Shown piece by piece: positions 17,478-27,850 of a DNA stretch of 64,000 bases. The DNA is taken from positions 1 through 64,000 of the IMG/VR virus record IMGVR_UViG_3300023174_000084, one strand, 5' to 3'. The DNA is from a virus. Position 1 is the first letter of the stretch. Every line of letters begins with the position of its first letter. Made by a program: the position numbers and the translations under genes. The notes under the pieces are model-generated. The model had not been told where the DNA came from and did no database searches. It worked only from the letters and a program-made list of their open reading frames with translations.

Positions 17478-18172
17478 GGATAACTCCCATTATATTTTTC
17501 ATTCATTATTTTATTACCATTTTCAAAGAATTCTGCATTGACAGAACCTTTACCACCATCCACTCTATAACAAGTTGTGTATTCACTGGTGCAATAGAAT
17601 TTAGGAAAATGCTTTGTAATAGCCTGTAAGAATACTCTATCTTGTCCCCAGCCACCATGCCAAACACTTGCAATCTTGTTTGCTACTTCTGTTTTAATGA
17701 AGTAACAATTAGTATCTATGTGATGAACTCCGTGATATGTTGGCCAGATGCCAAGTGATTCACAGTCATCAAAACAAACAAACTTACCTTCTTTATTATA
17801 TACTTGGCGTAAAGAATAACACCAATCTAAACCTCTTATGTTGATTGTTTTAATACATTGTTCAACATGAGACCGATACAACCAATTGTCTTGGTCGAGA
17901 TAGGCAACATATTCTGTATTGATTAGGTGTGTGAAGGCGGCATAGACACGGTGACCATAAAAACCATTGGCACCGACATTGATTGGTAGAGAACAGATAT
18001 GAACTCGTGCATCATTAATAGTTGAACTCAATACTTCTAATGTTTTATCAAGGTGTTCGTCACCATCTACTACAACATAACATTCAGTAGGATGACTTTG
18101 ATTTAAAACAGATTCAACGGCAGTTTTCACCTCTGGTGAACCAGTAGTTGGTATAATCACAGTAGCAGACAT
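17459..18172 (-). CDS. glycosyltransferase family 2
   Basis: TVIIPT, AVESVLNQ, VVVDG, AYLDQDNW, IDTNC, GQDR. Confidence 0.85.
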   Translation of the reverse strand: MSATVIIPTTGSPEVKTAVESVLNQSHPTECYVVVDGDEHLDKTLEVLSSTINDARVHICSLPINVGANGFYGHRVYAAFTHLINTEYVAYLDQDNWLYRSHVEQCIKTINIRGLDWCYSLRQVYNKEGKFVCFDDCESLGIWPTYHGVHHIDTNCYFIKTEVANKIASVWHGGWGQDRVFLQAITKHFPKFYCTSEYTTCYRVDGGKGSVNAEFFENGNKIMNEKYNGSYPWRQKA

Positions 18173-18175
18173 AAT

Positions 18176-18457
18176 TTAATCTCGTGTTAGTTTCAGTATT
18201 TTTTCTATTTGTTTTTCTATAATTGGTTTACGGTTCGGCCAATATATGTATTCTTTCTCTCCAGTAGAATGTAACTTCTGAAGAAAAGGAATAATCATTT
18301 TTTCTACTTCAGCCAAACGAGTTTTATAATCGTCTGCTGTTTCAGCTGTCTTATTAATGACAGCATTATATTCCGCTTCTGATACGGCAGAAAAACCAAA
18401 GTCATCTTCGACATTGGCATACTCTTTCATTACTCGGTCAAAGTCTGTTAGTCCCAT
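18176..18457 (-). CDS. conserved hypothetical protein
   Basis: DFGFSAV, IIPFL..L, YIYWPNR motifs typical of T4-like phages. Confidence 0.7.
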   Translation of the reverse strand: MGLTDFDRVMKEYANVEDDFGFSAVSEAEYNAVINKTAETADDYKTRLAEVEKMIIPFLQKLHSTGEKEYIYWPNRKPIIEKQIEKILKLTRD

Positions 18458-18459
18458 AA

Positions 18460-19731
18460 TTAGTCAACTATTCCATTAAATTTAACTGATAAATTAAAAA
18501 ATTGGCCTAACTTATGCTCATCACCAACTTTATTTGTCCTCACAGCAAATTTCATTTTTAATTTTTCTGTATTGGATGCTATTAATTCTATATAGAAATC
18601 TTGTTTTGATGTGGTTGATGGATATGATTTTATTTGTTTTGTTTTAGGTAAAAATACTCCAACATCATCTTCGTCAGTTAATATCTTAACTTCTGTTCCA
18701 AAGGCCTTCAATACCAAAAGAGGAACTTCACCACCATCACCAACAATAGCTGCTCTGAGATAATTAACTGTATTCTTAACGTCCATTTCAAAACTTTGTG
18801 TTAATGTGTTTCTAATCATGTCCAAACCTTTATCATACAATGCATTGTATTGGTTTACATTTTTCTTTTCTAAGTCTGCCAACTTAGATATGGTTTGTTT
18901 CTTTTGTGATCTATCATCATACTTATCACGAGAGTCACTAAAATCTTTGTAAATATTATCGTATAATTTTTCTCTCAATGGATTAATTGCACCGGGATTA
19001 ATTTTTTCCAAAATAGGTTTTACATATGTGTTTAATTTTGGTTCTTTACTTTTTTCTTCTCCCGCTTTCAGAGAAATGCCTAACATGGTTTTATCTGTAT
19101 ATTCAATAAACAAGTCACCTTTATGTTTTGAATCTACACCTTCTGGTTTTGCACGGTAACCCCATAAAACATTTTTAATTGGTTTCTTTTTGTTTTCTTT
19201 TTGCAAAAATTTTAATACACCAATAGCGTTCTCCATTTTAGTTTTAAATTTGGAAGATTTTGGAAAATCATCAACAAATTTTTGTCCGGCAGATATATCT
19301 CTACTTGCAACATAAACACTTGCTGTTTTGTGATTGATGTTTTTTAATTGAGTATAGAAATCTTCCACTGTGCTGACTTTTAATTTATTGGTAAAAGCTA
19401 AAGCTGGTGCAAGTTCTGTAATAGTAGAATTGAGTGTTGTTTCTGACATACCACCAGAAGCAGGTTTATAAACTAATATGACAACAGCATCTTTATATAC
19501 ATTTGTTGGTTGTGATATTACGGTAACCTCTGTGCTTCCCGATAAGGCAGAATCTTTCTTTTTTGTAAAAGATATTTTCTTTTTTGTAAGTTCTTTTTCA
19601 ATATCTTTTTGAAGCTGCATACGATTTGATGATTTAAGAATAAGAACCTGTTTCTTTTTGGTTGACTTATTGGTTTTAACCTCATACGGATACTGATTAA
19701 GTATTGAATATAATGGGTCTGCTTTTGCCAT
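18460..19731 (-). CDS. putative PD-(D/E)XK restriction-like endonuclease
   Basis: HKGDLFI...GISLKAG pattern; very basic protein; AT-rich gene. Confidence 0.5.
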   Translation of the reverse strand: MAKADPLYSILNQYPYEVKTNKSTKKKQVLILKSSNRMQLQKDIEKELTKKKISFTKKKDSALSGSTEVTVISQPTNVYKDAVVILVYKPASGGMSETTLNSTITELAPALAFTNKLKVSTVEDFYTQLKNINHKTASVYVASRDISAGQKFVDDFPKSSKFKTKMENAIGVLKFLQKENKKKPIKNVLWGYRAKPEGVDSKHKGDLFIEYTDKTMLGISLKAGEEKSKEPKLNTYVKPILEKINPGAINPLREKLYDNIYKDFSDSRDKYDDRSQKKQTISKLADLEKKNVNQYNALYDKGLDMIRNTLTQSFEMDVKNTVNYLRAAIVGDGGEVPLLVLKAFGTEVKILTDEDDVGVFLPKTKQIKSYPSTTSKQDFYIELIASNTEKLKMKFAVRTNKVGDEHKLGQFFNLSVKFNGIVD

Positions 19732-19750
19732 GGTAATATCTTAAAAGAAA

Positions 19751-19758
19751 TATTTATC
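19751..19758 (-). promoter_or_regulatory. possible late promoter variant (GATAAATA)
   Basis: overlaps the DUF4338 stop codon, 20 nt upstream of the nuclease-like ATG. Confidence 0.45.
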
Positions 19759-20860
19759 TGATAATTTGAATGTCTTTTCCTGAAGTCCAAACTTCAAGCT
19801 CTGTTCTCAATCGATCTTCAGCCTTCAATGTATCATAACGATTCGTTGCTTTATTTTTCCACCATGTGATAATATTATTCAAATTATGTTTCTCATAATT
19901 TTCACCAGGTAAAAGTTTATCTGTTTTACAGGTAACATAATCAATCATATTCTTGTAACCATAATCGGAAATGTAATATCTCTTTTGTTCTGTAAGTTTC
20001 TTAGCATTATTAATGATTTCATCAAAATTGGCAAGCTCTGGTGTATTCTTTAATGCGGCTCTTGTCAAAGAAATAATTTTCATAGAAATTTTCAGTTTAC
20101 GGCTAGAGATATTATCATCTACAATTTTACCAACTTTACTCTCGACAAAATCACGCAAATCTTCATAAGGCTTACCATGCATCATAGGCAAAAAATCTGA
20201 TTCTGTCAAGCCTTTATATCGAATATATGGTTTCATACCATCATATTGTGAAGATGATTTTGTTGAACCATACAAACTCGTAGTTTCGAATAGACATAGA
20301 TTCATATCATACTTCTTATTGACAATCTCTCTGACCTCATGGGAACAACAAATGGCAGCCAAAAGTTTGCCACCAAGATAATTGAAACCAAATGGTTGAG
20401 ATGGTACAATAACGAAACCCATCATAGAGGAGTCGTTGAATTGTTTACCCCACTCCGGATTCTGCGTAAACACTTGTCCAAGCATTTCGTTTCGTGGTCG
20501 ACAGTTGATGACTGGTGAACCTAACCGAATGAAACCTACGAACTTTCCTGAGTTCTTTTCTTTGACTGCCAGTTTAACATTACGACCAACAGGTGCAATA
20601 TTAATATGTGATGAGGTAATACTCAACAATGTTTCCCATGTTTCAGTTGGTATCTCCAATACTTCCAAATCCATATCGTTTGGATGCATAGAGAAATCGG
20701 AGAATAAATCTTCTTCGATGGGAAACAATGGATTAGTAGATATTTCAGAAAGCGATGCCAACTTTTGGTCACGCATATATTCATCAATGCGATTAAAATT
20801 ACCAAAATAATCTTTAAATGCTTTGGCACAAACCAAAGCATCATCTTTAGATAACATCAT
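19754..20860 (-). CDS. DUF4338/DruA-like protein, paralog 1 (putative GNAT/Mom-like transferase)
   Basis: GRN, IVP.QP.GFNYLGGKLLA, TTSLYG, SQYDG; clearly similar to 39433..40698. Confidence 0.7.
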   Translation of the reverse strand: MMLSKDDALVCAKAFKDYFGNFNRIDEYMRDQKLASLSEISTNPLFPIEEDLFSDFSMHPNDMDLEVLEIPTETWETLLSITSSHINIAPVGRNVKLAVKEKNSGKFVGFIRLGSPVINCRPRNEMLGQVFTQNPEWGKQFNDSSMMGFVIVPSQPFGFNYLGGKLLAAICCSHEVREIVNKKYDMNLCLFETTSLYGSTKSSSQYDGMKPYIRYKGLTESDFLPMMHGKPYEDLRDFVESKVGKIVDDNISSRKLKISMKIISLTRAALKNTPELANFDEIINNAKKLTEQKRYYISDYGYKNMIDYVTCKTDKLLPGENYEKHNLNNIITWWKNKATNRYDTLKAEDRLRTELEVWTSGKDIQIIR

Positions 20861-22251
20861 ACTTTAAATCCACTAAATTGTTTTTTTGGTCTTTCTTCTC
20901 TGGTACCAAATGTGTTTAGTGGTTTATCATGGCCAGCATCAGCAATACCCATCTGTGCAGCTTGCTCAACATCATATAGTTTCATTTTTGCTCTATCAAT
21001 ACCAAGAGTAAATCGTTTATGGAATGTTGGATCATTATATCGGTTTTTCAATTGTTTGACCATTATTTGGCCAAGTTCTTCAAGTTCTTCAGAAGAAATC
21101 AAAGCAAACATCAAGTCTGCGGTGGCGGGAAGTCCGAACGATTCACTCGTGTCCTCAAGTCCCGGATCACTGGAAGTAAATCCTGAACGGGTAGTTTGTG
21201 TAGCAGATACAATAGGAACATTAAACTCAACAGCAAGGCCACGTAATTCTTCTGCAATTGCTTTAACGTAAGTGTAGGAATTAATGTTGCTACCAGCTTT
21301 AATACGAGCACTACAACAGATATTGAGATAGTCAACAAATATAATGTCAGGTATAAAAGACCTCTTGAGATTAAGTTCATTCAATAATGTCCTGAAATGA
21401 ATAGTAGAAGCTGAAGCTGTTGGATATTCTTTAATGATTAATTTGCCAGTAGTTTTTTCACGGACTCTAGCAACTTTTTTATCATACATATCTTTTGGTA
21501 AGTCCATCAAATCATCAATCGTTACATTTAATAAATTAGCATCGATTCGTTCTGCAATCTTTTCTTCACTCATTTCCATAGTGAGGTATAATACATTTTT
21601 GCCTTGAACCATACAGCCAGCAGCCACATGACACATAAAAAGAGATTTACCAACACCAGTGCCTGCAAGAGCAATGTTGAGTGTTTTATTAGGTAAACCA
21701 CCTTTTGTGATTTTGTTAAAGTAGTCGAGGTCAAAAGGTATTCTTTCCTCTTTTCTATGATAGAATTCAAATCGAGCATCTGAGTCCTGTAAATAATCGT
21801 GACCAACTGAACTGTCAAAAGATACAGCTAAAGCATCTGAAAGTATCTTGGGAATCTGACCTTTGTCGTGTTGTTTATCCTTGCCATCGAGAATCGAAAT
21901 AGACCCCAATACTGCATTGTAAATTGCTTTTTCTTGGCAAAACTTTTCTGTTTTGTCAATAAGCCATTGTACCTCGGTTCTTTCTTCCCGATTCTTTTCA
22001 ATCTCCGTAAGATAATCTTCGGCTCTCTGAACTTCATCAGCTGTGAGGTTTCTCTTTTCTTTGACGGCAATACCAAGTGCTTCAATCGTTGGTGTAGTAT
22101 TGTAAGTGTTCGTGAAGGATGTAATCTCATTAAATAAAGTTCTTTCTACACTATCACTAAAGTATTCTGTCTTTACAAATGGTAAAACTTTTCTAAGAAA
22201 GTCCTCATTGTAAATCAGGTTTTTTAATATCGTCTGTTCTAGTTTCATCAA
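20857..22251 (-). CDS. gp41: replicative DNA helicase gp41
   Basis: LAGTGVGKS, TMEMSE, IIKEYPT, VDYLN, SESFGLPATAD, KQLKNRY. Confidence 0.97.
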   Translation of the reverse strand: MMKLEQTILKNLIYNEDFLRKVLPFVKTEYFSDSVERTLFNEITSFTNTYNTTPTIEALGIAVKEKRNLTADEVQRAEDYLTEIEKNREERTEVQWLIDKTEKFCQEKAIYNAVLGSISILDGKDKQHDKGQIPKILSDALAVSFDSSVGHDYLQDSDARFEFYHRKEERIPFDLDYFNKITKGGLPNKTLNIALAGTGVGKSLFMCHVAAGCMVQGKNVLYLTMEMSEEKIAERIDANLLNVTIDDLMDLPKDMYDKKVARVREKTTGKLIIKEYPTASASTIHFRTLLNELNLKRSFIPDIIFVDYLNICCSARIKAGSNINSYTYVKAIAEELRGLAVEFNVPIVSATQTTRSGFTSSDPGLEDTSESFGLPATADLMFALISSEELEELGQIMVKQLKNRYNDPTFHKRFTLGIDRAKMKLYDVEQAAQMGIADAGHDKPLNTFGTREERPKKQFSGFKV

Positions 22252-22528
22252 TCACTTCCTGCTCAACATTAGAGCTCATTATTTCTACAAGTAAATCACC
22301 AAGATAATTCTTAAAATTCAAATCTTTTTCCAACTTCTTTGAACTATCAACTGTGGATTCTATCACATCATAAGCAAAAAGTAAATAGACCTGGTCATTT
22401 TCTTCTTTGAACTTTACCTTACCATATTTAAATACAGTATCTTTATATTTACCTTCCAAAAGTCGAATATGAACCGCTGTGGTATCATCTTTTGGATAAA
22501 TGAAACAATAATCTAATCCTTCAATCAT
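22205..22528 (-). CDS. hypothetical protein at the gp40 position
   Basis: lies between uvsX and gp41, as T4 gene 40 does; no sequence proof. Confidence 0.55.
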   Translation of the reverse strand: MIEGLDYCFIYPKDDTTAVHIRLLEGKYKDTVFKYGKVKFKEENDQVYLLFAYDVIESTVDSSKKLEKDLNFKNYLGDLLVEIMSSNVEQEVIDETRTDDIKKPDLQ

Positions 22529-23145
22529 GACATAGGCCTATAATTTATAAATTGTGACATACAATATCTACCATCACCAGATAATGTTACTTCTGAAACC
22601 ATAGAAACTCTATTAACTTTATGATGATAAGCACCAGGAAAAATTACTACCATATTATTTTTTGGAATAATTTCCAAATTAAAATCTGTTAATACTAATT
22701 CTCCTCCAAAAAATTTTTTAGGTTCTTTAAAGAAATAACTTAATATTGTTAAAACTGAGTGGTCTGGATGTTCAAAGTAACTATCACCATTCTCATAATA
22801 TGATATTAGTGTATGGTCAACATTAGAATATTCTAGAGCTCTAAAGATAGGATTAATATCTGTTAATTTTTGTGCCACATTTTTTTCAAAAATTTTCCTA
22901 TTAATTCTTAAAATATTGGAAATATTCCTATTTAAATATACATCATCCAAAAATAATCCCACATTCGATTTAAAATTTCCTTCTGGTGAAATTGCTGACT
23001 GAGTATCTTCAGCTGAAAGTAATTTATCTTTACTGGTTAAAAACTCAAGTTCTTGCCAGATTAATTTTAATTCTTCTTTGGAATAAAAATCTTGAATTGT
23101 AACAAGAGAACAATTTTGAATTTTTGGAGTTTCAATTACCATCAT
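22525..23145 (-). CDS. 2OG-Fe(II) oxygenase
   Basis: HPD, GGEL, FP..YHH.V, R.C facial-triad pattern. Confidence 0.85.
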   Translation of the reverse strand: MMVIETPKIQNCSLVTIQDFYSKEELKLIWQELEFLTSKDKLLSAEDTQSAISPEGNFKSNVGLFLDDVYLNRNISNILRINRKIFEKNVAQKLTDINPIFRALEYSNVDHTLISYYENGDSYFEHPDHSVLTILSYFFKEPKKFFGGELVLTDFNLEIIPKNNMVVIFPGAYHHKVNRVSMVSEVTLSGDGRYCMSQFINYRPMS

Positions 23146-23326
23146 TTATTTTTTCTTTTTGGCGTTTTTCTTGCATAGTTTCTTCTTTTACCAATTTTCT
23201 TGGATTATCAGAATGATGGCTATGTTTAATGCCATTTTTTTGTTCATAAACATCATGTGCAATCGTTTTATGCCGTCTTTTAGAATGTTTTACTTTTGTT
23301 TCAATATCACTCATCTTCAGCACCAT
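23132..23326 (-). CDS. hypothetical basic protein
   Basis: K.KHSKR and NPRK..KE.T.QE pattern; overlaps both neighbours. Confidence 0.55.
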   Translation of the reverse strand: MVLKMSDIETKVKHSKRRHKTIAHDVYEQKNGIKHSHHSDNPRKLVKEETMQEKRQKEKINDGN

Positions 23327-24392
23327 TCATAGTTTCAACTTCAAAAACTTCATCAATATCATCTTGCATAATACTACCAGTAGCAATACGATATTTACTT
23401 TCAATAAAATCACGGAAAGATTTTTGTTTTAAAATTGGTAACCAGAATTCTTTGGTGTCTGTTTCTTTAATTCGATACTTCTTATCTTCTATAACCCCTG
23501 ACTCGGTATCCACTTTACTATACCATCCGTTTGAGGGTTTGACAACATGGCCTGATTCAATAGCGAGGTCAAGTAACCCACTCCAACGGCTAATACCACC
23601 ATCAAAAGAAACGGTAACTGGTATCTTAGATTTTTCTTTAACATATCTAGACTTTTCAACATTGATGATAAAATTATATCCAACAATTTCTGTACCTTCC
23701 TTTTCTTGCTGACGGCCAAGAATAAAAATGTTATCAGCCGAATAATATGAACCTGTGCCACCACCAACGATGTCTTTAGGGAACATACCAATTTCTTTGT
23801 AAGTGTGATTGACCACAACCATTGGAACATCTTTCATTGTAAGATGTGGTGTAACCATACGGAATAAACTCTTAACTTGTTTTGCTCTTGACATATCGGC
23901 AACTGATTTGCCTTCAAGTGCATCATCAACTTCTTTCTTTGAAGCTAGATTACCAATTGAATCAATTACAATAATCAAATGGTCACCTCGCTCAAGAGCT
24001 GTTAATTGTTGCATTACATCAAACTTTAATTGCTCAATATCAGTAAGAGGTGTATGAAGAACTCTGTTGGTATCAATACCGAAGCTATCAAAATAAGACT
24101 GAGGAGTGCCAAACTCAGAATCGTAAAATAATAACGCTGCATCATTATATTTGTCCATGTAAGATTTTGCCATCAATAATGAGAAAGCAGTCTTAAAATG
24201 TTTTGATGGCCCAGCCCACATTGTAAGACCCGGTGTTAAACCACCATCCAATTTACCAGACAATGCCACATTAATAATGGGAATTGCCGTAGGTATCATA
24301 TCTTTATCAGTAAAGAACTTTGATTTGGAAAGAATTGCTGATTCTTTGATACTACTGTTTTTTTTAATCTTGTCAAGTATACTCATATTCAT
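23307..24392 (-). CDS. uvsX: UvsX RecA-like recombinase
   Basis: AGPSKHFKT, FYDSEFG, IDSIGNLAS, DMSRAK, EKSRYVKEK. Confidence 0.97.
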   Translation of the reverse strand: MNMSILDKIKKNSSIKESAILSKSKFFTDKDMIPTAIPIINVALSGKLDGGLTPGLTMWAGPSKHFKTAFSLLMAKSYMDKYNDAALLFYDSEFGTPQSYFDSFGIDTNRVLHTPLTDIEQLKFDVMQQLTALERGDHLIIVIDSIGNLASKKEVDDALEGKSVADMSRAKQVKSLFRMVTPHLTMKDVPMVVVNHTYKEIGMFPKDIVGGGTGSYYSADNIFILGRQQEKEGTEIVGYNFIINVEKSRYVKEKSKIPVTVSFDGGISRWSGLLDLAIESGHVVKPSNGWYSKVDTESGVIEDKKYRIKETDTKEFWLPILKQKSFRDFIESKYRIATGSIMQDDIDEVFEVETMNGAEDE

Positions 24393-24395
24393 CCT

Positions 24396-25319
24396 TTAAA
24401 ATTTACCACCATCTAATTCTTTTTTTTCTTTAAAAGCCAATTCAGCAGCTTCATCATATTTACTTATACGATCCGTCTGACGCCTCGGAAAGCCCCTCTT
24501 TTTGTTTGTAGGTGCAGGCTCCTCCTCGATTGTAACCAAGTTTTCTTTAGGGACCTCGACCGTACCATTCGGCCGTTCTTTAACTGTTTGAACCTTTTTT
24601 TTACTATGTTTAACAGTTTTAGATGCAGTAATGGGGGACGATATTTTATTTCCATATTTTTCTCGTAGTGATATGTTTCCTGCTATCAATAATAACACAG
24701 CTAACGGGTCAAATACAAGCATAATTATAAAGATTACCAGCCTTACAGCCTTATCTAGTGAACCATCACCAGTACCAAAAAATATGTCTGCCACATATTT
24801 GATTGGTCCAACATCTGCCACTAATTTGTTTTCTTCTTTGAGAAGTGGTAATCTTTTCTTATTGATTTCGGATAATTCTTTTTGTGTTGCTTGAATTTGT
24901 CGGTCAATTTGAACAGAAGCTGTTTCAGGATTACCAGCACGCTTCAGTAAATAACTTAATCTTTCTTCGGCAATCTTTTGTTGTGAATTGAGTGTTTTTA
25001 ATTCAGCAGTATTGGCACCAGATTCTAATGTAGAATCAATATGTGATTTGGCCAAGAAACCAAAAATACCCATTGAAGTAATAAACATCAAGACAACAAC
25101 AGCAGCCGTCAGATATGACTTCAATAAAATATTGGTCTTTTGCCAATTGTTATACAACCAAGATGCGGTGACAAGTTTGGCGAATTCAAGTGATGAACCC
25201 ATAACAACTACAGGCCAAAATGCACCAGAGAATATTAATGCAAGACCAATAACTGAATAATAAGCTGCAATACCAGATAATAAAAATGCAGCCAGAAATG
25301 TTAGTATGATTGTTATCAT
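24396..25319 (-). CDS. membrane protein with coiled coil
   Basis: several TM helices, ITSMGIFGFL, VGPIKY, VFDPLAVLLL. Confidence 0.7.
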   Translation of the reverse strand: MITIILTFLAAFLLSGIAAYYSVIGLALIFSGAFWPVVVMGSSLEFAKLVTASWLYNNWQKTNILLKSYLTAAVVVLMFITSMGIFGFLAKSHIDSTLESGANTAELKTLNSQQKIAEERLSYLLKRAGNPETASVQIDRQIQATQKELSEINKKRLPLLKEENKLVADVGPIKYVADIFFGTGDGSLDKAVRLVIFIIMLVFDPLAVLLLIAGNISLREKYGNKISSPITASKTVKHSKKKVQTVKERPNGTVEVPKENLVTIEEEPAPTNKKRGFPRRQTDRISKYDEAAELAFKEKKELDGGKF

Positions 25320-27850
25320 GAGAAGAAGTCCTCTATCGAACTAGTTTTTTCTGTTTTCCATCCAATACAATCAAGTATAATACGAATTGGTTCTAGGAAT
25401 GCCTTGTCGAATTGCATATCATAATCGATATATTCTTGTAATTCAAACTCTTTTGGTAAACGAGATGGATACGAAATAACTGTATCTTTAAATGGATTAG
25501 GCATCTTCAGGTAAGTAAACTTAACCTTTTCACCTTCTTGAATGAGTGGATATTTTTTTGTAAGATTCTTTTGTTCTAAAAAATAATTATAAAGAATGGC
25601 ACCTTTAACATGAATCGGTGTACCTTTTTTATATAAAGTGCCTTTGTCAGAATAAGTATTTAGGCCATTGAGCCCACGAGGAAAAGAAATTTCTTCAACA
25701 GGTAATGTTTTGAATTCATTTCTGAAATCATCAATAAACTTATGAATGTCATCTTGTGTACCAGAAACCATCAGACGAATAATCTGTTTCATCTTCTCAC
25801 GAATAGCAGATGGTGTAGACGACTTAACCATTTCAAGACCCATCACTTTAAGATCAGGTTCTTTGTATGCCACACCTTCGTTATTATATACATTGAGAAT
25901 ATATCGCTTCTTGGCAGTCCAAATACCTTTGTTTGATAAACCTTCTCGTTTCATCTCCATCTTTTGTTGATACGCATGAACATAATCAGCGAGTTCTCTA
26001 TATGATCTATCGATGAATGGTTGAATCTTTTCTTCACAGATTTTATCCATGAAGTCAATCGTCTTTTGTGTTGGTTTATCTCTATAGAATTTATCGATAA
26101 TTGAACCAAGTTTTAAATAGATTGAATCGGTATCAGAAGCGATTACATAATCTTGACCTTCTGTTTCAACAATCTTGTTCATATATTCGTTTAGTTTATT
26201 CTCAATCCAACGAATACTTAATTGACCAGCAGTCGTAACACCAAGTGCCATTCGTAAATCATAAAAACGAAAATACTGGCTGCCAAGAGCACCATAAGCA
26301 GAATTAAGAGAAACTTTTTTCGCCAACTGAATGTTGTTGTATTTTGCAATTCGTTTTTCGATTTCGTATTTTTTACTTTCATCTGTTTCATTTTGATATT
26401 CTTGTTTTGCCTGTAACATCAACTTCTTAAATTTCTTTCTATCTTCATACATTTCTTCCATCATCTTTGGTAAGAAGCCTTGAAAATCGGTACGGAAGAA
26501 TTGGCCATTTGGTGTTAATGTGGCACCTTCAAGTTTAGATGTGTCAATTTGTTTCTTCAACAGTTTATCGACTGAAATACCTTGAGATAAAATTTCTCGC
26601 ATTTCATCTGTATAGTTTTCCGGTTCAATCAATGTTTCGGGTGAAATATTATACTGCATCATCAAATGAGGATACAGAGAATTCAAGTCAAACGATGCCA
26701 CCCAATTGTGTAGTCCTGTTTGTGGGTCTTTTACATATGCACCTTCAAATGCAGAATCTTTTTCTTTGATAACACGAGGTGGAACAATAATGTCTTTCTC
26801 ACGCAAATAAGCATGTGTCAAAGCATCCCACATACGAGTCTGTGCAAACACATCTTCAAAGTTTGATTTGGTATCATATGCAAGAGTGACTGCCAATTCA
26901 AGTAATTTCAGTTTATCTTCTAGTTTGACAATCAACTCAACGTCTTTAATGTTATACTCAATAAATTTTTGATAGTTCAAACGATAAAGAGCATGAAGGT
27001 TATCATATTCATCATATGCAATCTTACCTTCACCGAGTTCAACCTGTGCAATATTATCCAAACGATATGATTCTTGTGACTTACCACCAGGAGCATACCA
27101 TTTGTATAGTTCAATATAATCAAGTGATGAAATACCAACAAGTGTATAATCAATCATCTGCCTATTATTGACATAGGCATTTCTTTCAGTAATGTAATTC
27201 CATGGCGATAGTTTCTTGGCTTCATCTTCACCAAGAATCTTTTTGAAACGATTGATAAGATAAGGTATATCAAAGAACTTGGTGTTCCAGCCAGTAATGA
27301 TGTCTGGATAATTGTCTTTGAAATGATTTAGAAATGTTTTACAGAGATTGTATTCACCTTTGCAACGAATATAGACCTCGTCACCTTGAACTTCGTATTC
27401 ACCACATCCATAAACTGTGATACCACCATTTAGTTTACGAATAGCAATGGCTGTAATAGGTTCGTTTGCTTGATATGGGTCCGGAAAACCATTCTCTGAA
27501 CCGACCTCAATGTCGATGATGGCAATGGCAATTTTATCAAAGTCATAGTCGACCATACCTTTATGTTGGTCGGCAATAAAGGCATATTCAAATCGAGTTT
27601 GGCCATAAATCTTAGATGCACCAGAAACACCTTCAAATTGCTTAATGTAATCTCTGGCTGCTTTGATGTTTTGAAACTTTTTCTCGTCAAGATAATCACC
27701 TTCTAAATTTGTTAGATTGGTGATTTTTTTGGATGGTATGAATAAAGACGGAGTATATTCGACCTTTGTCTTTACTCTTTTGCCGCTTTGAATGCCACGA
27801 TAGAGTATGTTACCACCGATACTCTGAACATTAGTATAGAAAGAACTCAT
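25316..27850 (-). CDS. gp43: DNA polymerase (family B) gp43
   Basis: DIE exonuclease motif, SFDLNSLYP, KVSLNSAYG, ASDTDS, KKRY. Confidence 0.98.
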   Translation of the reverse strand: MSSFYTNVQSIGGNILYRGIQSGKRVKTKVEYTPSLFIPSKKITNLTNLEGDYLDEKKFQNIKAARDYIKQFEGVSGASKIYGQTRFEYAFIADQHKGMVDYDFDKIAIAIIDIEVGSENGFPDPYQANEPITAIAIRKLNGGITVYGCGEYEVQGDEVYIRCKGEYNLCKTFLNHFKDNYPDIITGWNTKFFDIPYLINRFKKILGEDEAKKLSPWNYITERNAYVNNRQMIDYTLVGISSLDYIELYKWYAPGGKSQESYRLDNIAQVELGEGKIAYDEYDNLHALYRLNYQKFIEYNIKDVELIVKLEDKLKLLELAVTLAYDTKSNFEDVFAQTRMWDALTHAYLREKDIIVPPRVIKEKDSAFEGAYVKDPQTGLHNWVASFDLNSLYPHLMMQYNISPETLIEPENYTDEMREILSQGISVDKLLKKQIDTSKLEGATLTPNGQFFRTDFQGFLPKMMEEMYEDRKKFKKLMLQAKQEYQNETDESKKYEIEKRIAKYNNIQLAKKVSLNSAYGALGSQYFRFYDLRMALGVTTAGQLSIRWIENKLNEYMNKIVETEGQDYVIASDTDSIYLKLGSIIDKFYRDKPTQKTIDFMDKICEEKIQPFIDRSYRELADYVHAYQQKMEMKREGLSNKGIWTAKKRYILNVYNNEGVAYKEPDLKVMGLEMVKSSTPSAIREKMKQIIRLMVSGTQDDIHKFIDDFRNEFKTLPVEEISFPRGLNGLNTYSDKGTLYKKGTPIHVKGAILYNYFLEQKNLTKKYPLIQEGEKVKFTYLKMPNPFKDTVISYPSRLPKEFELQEYIDYDMQFDKAFLEPIRIILDCIGWKTEKTSSIEDFFS

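Noticed and set aside
19754-20860. A complete Druantia defence system
   Set aside because: Only DruA-like domains are present; there is no DruE helicase or other Dru gene, and the context is phage replication.
21111-21380. Overprinted genes inside gp41 and gp44 (also 35475..35738)
   Set aside because: No convincing RBS or start, and the host frame is highly constrained; kept only as composition anomalies.
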